Below are positions 63,655 through 64,000 of a stretch of 64,000 nt of DNA, piece by piece. Under the pieces are notes generated by a model that had not been told where the DNA came from, did not search any database, and saw only the letters and a list, made by a program, of their open reading frames with translations. Position 1 is the stretch's first letter. Each line of letters starts with the position of its first letter. The stretch spans positions 124,001-188,000 of IMG/VR virus record IMGVR_UViG_3300025364_000003; one strand, written 5' to 3'. A program made the translations under genes and the position numbers.

Positions 63655-64000
63655 ATGAAGCTTAATAGAACACAATTCAAGAAAATTTTAAAAGAGTGCA
63701 TCAGAGAATTAATAACAGAAGGTGCATTTGACAATGTAATCAAAGAAAATGTTCAACCAGTTGCTGCAACAGCTAGGGTTGCTCCAAATGATTTTGTAGG
63801 ACAGGTTACTAAAAATTCTACCACGGCGCAACCACCATTCTCTTCTGTTGGTCATATGACACCAAATGAAAGACTTAGGGAACTTTCTCGTATTGCAGCT
63901 ATGCAGACCGCTCAAGGTGACCCAAAACAAGCTGCAATGATGGAAAGTATTTTTGCAGACACGGCAATGACGACCCTACAATCGCAACTTGGAACAGAAA
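63655..64000 (+). CDS. leader-bearing protein, truncated by window edge
   Basis: Hand translation MKLNRTQFKKILKECIRELITEGAFDNVIKE... Confidence 0.7.
   Translation, partial: MKLNRTQFKKILKECIRELITEGAFDNVIKENVQPVAATARVAPNDFVGQVTKNSTTAQPPFSSVGHMTPNERLRELSRIAAMQTAQGDPKQAAMMESIFADTAMTTLQSQLGTE

Noticed and set aside
1-64000. Genome-wide TAG (or TGA) stop-codon reassignment
   Set aside because: Long genes are intact under code 11, and TAG ends genes cleanly before new RBS/starts (7560, 14138). Only one internal TAG (47763) was seen.
1-64000. CRISPR array, tRNA or rRNA genes
   Set aside because: No regularly spaced direct repeats or cloverleaf/T-loop signatures noticed, and intergenic gaps are mostly short. 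A tRNAscan/Infernal run would be needed to fully exclude them.

Overview
AT-rich (roughly 38-40% GC by eye), gene-dense segment of a large T4-superfamily-like myovirus (jumbo-phage type) genome, mostly the virion morphogenesis/late region. It holds fibre and other Ser/Thr/Gly-rich exterior proteins, neck/head-closure proteins, a gp4-like head-completion nuclease, a tail-terminator-like protein and two tandem ~1000-aa tail sheath genes. Host-interaction genes are interleaved: peptide deformylase, PIN-PhoH, Hsp20, degenerate GroEL, Hc1-like, patatin, matrixin, RuvC-like nuclease, N6-adenine methyltransferase, one intact and one decayed GIY-YIG endonuclease. Main observations: (1) about 15 otherwise unrelated ORFs share an amphipathic leader ending in an L/I-x-E site, resembling a capsid-targeting signal plus prohead-protease site. 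It is fused to three kinase paralogues, ADP-ribosyltransferase-fold domains and a HAD phosphatase, suggesting a virion-packaged protein-modification arsenal, partly as polyproteins. (2) A recurring TA(C/T/A)TTA putative late-promoter motif lies upstream of over 20 structural and leader-bearing genes. (3) An apparent programmed -1 frameshift (A_AAC_CCU, 6-nt spacer, perfect 12-bp stem) would add a membrane tail-anchor to a 91-aa protein. (4) An unannotated 34-aa peptide with 10 Cys follows the sheath genes. (5) A neck gene apparently starts at ATC. No tRNA, rRNA or CRISPR array was recognised. All family assignments are from motif recognition by eye, not database searches.
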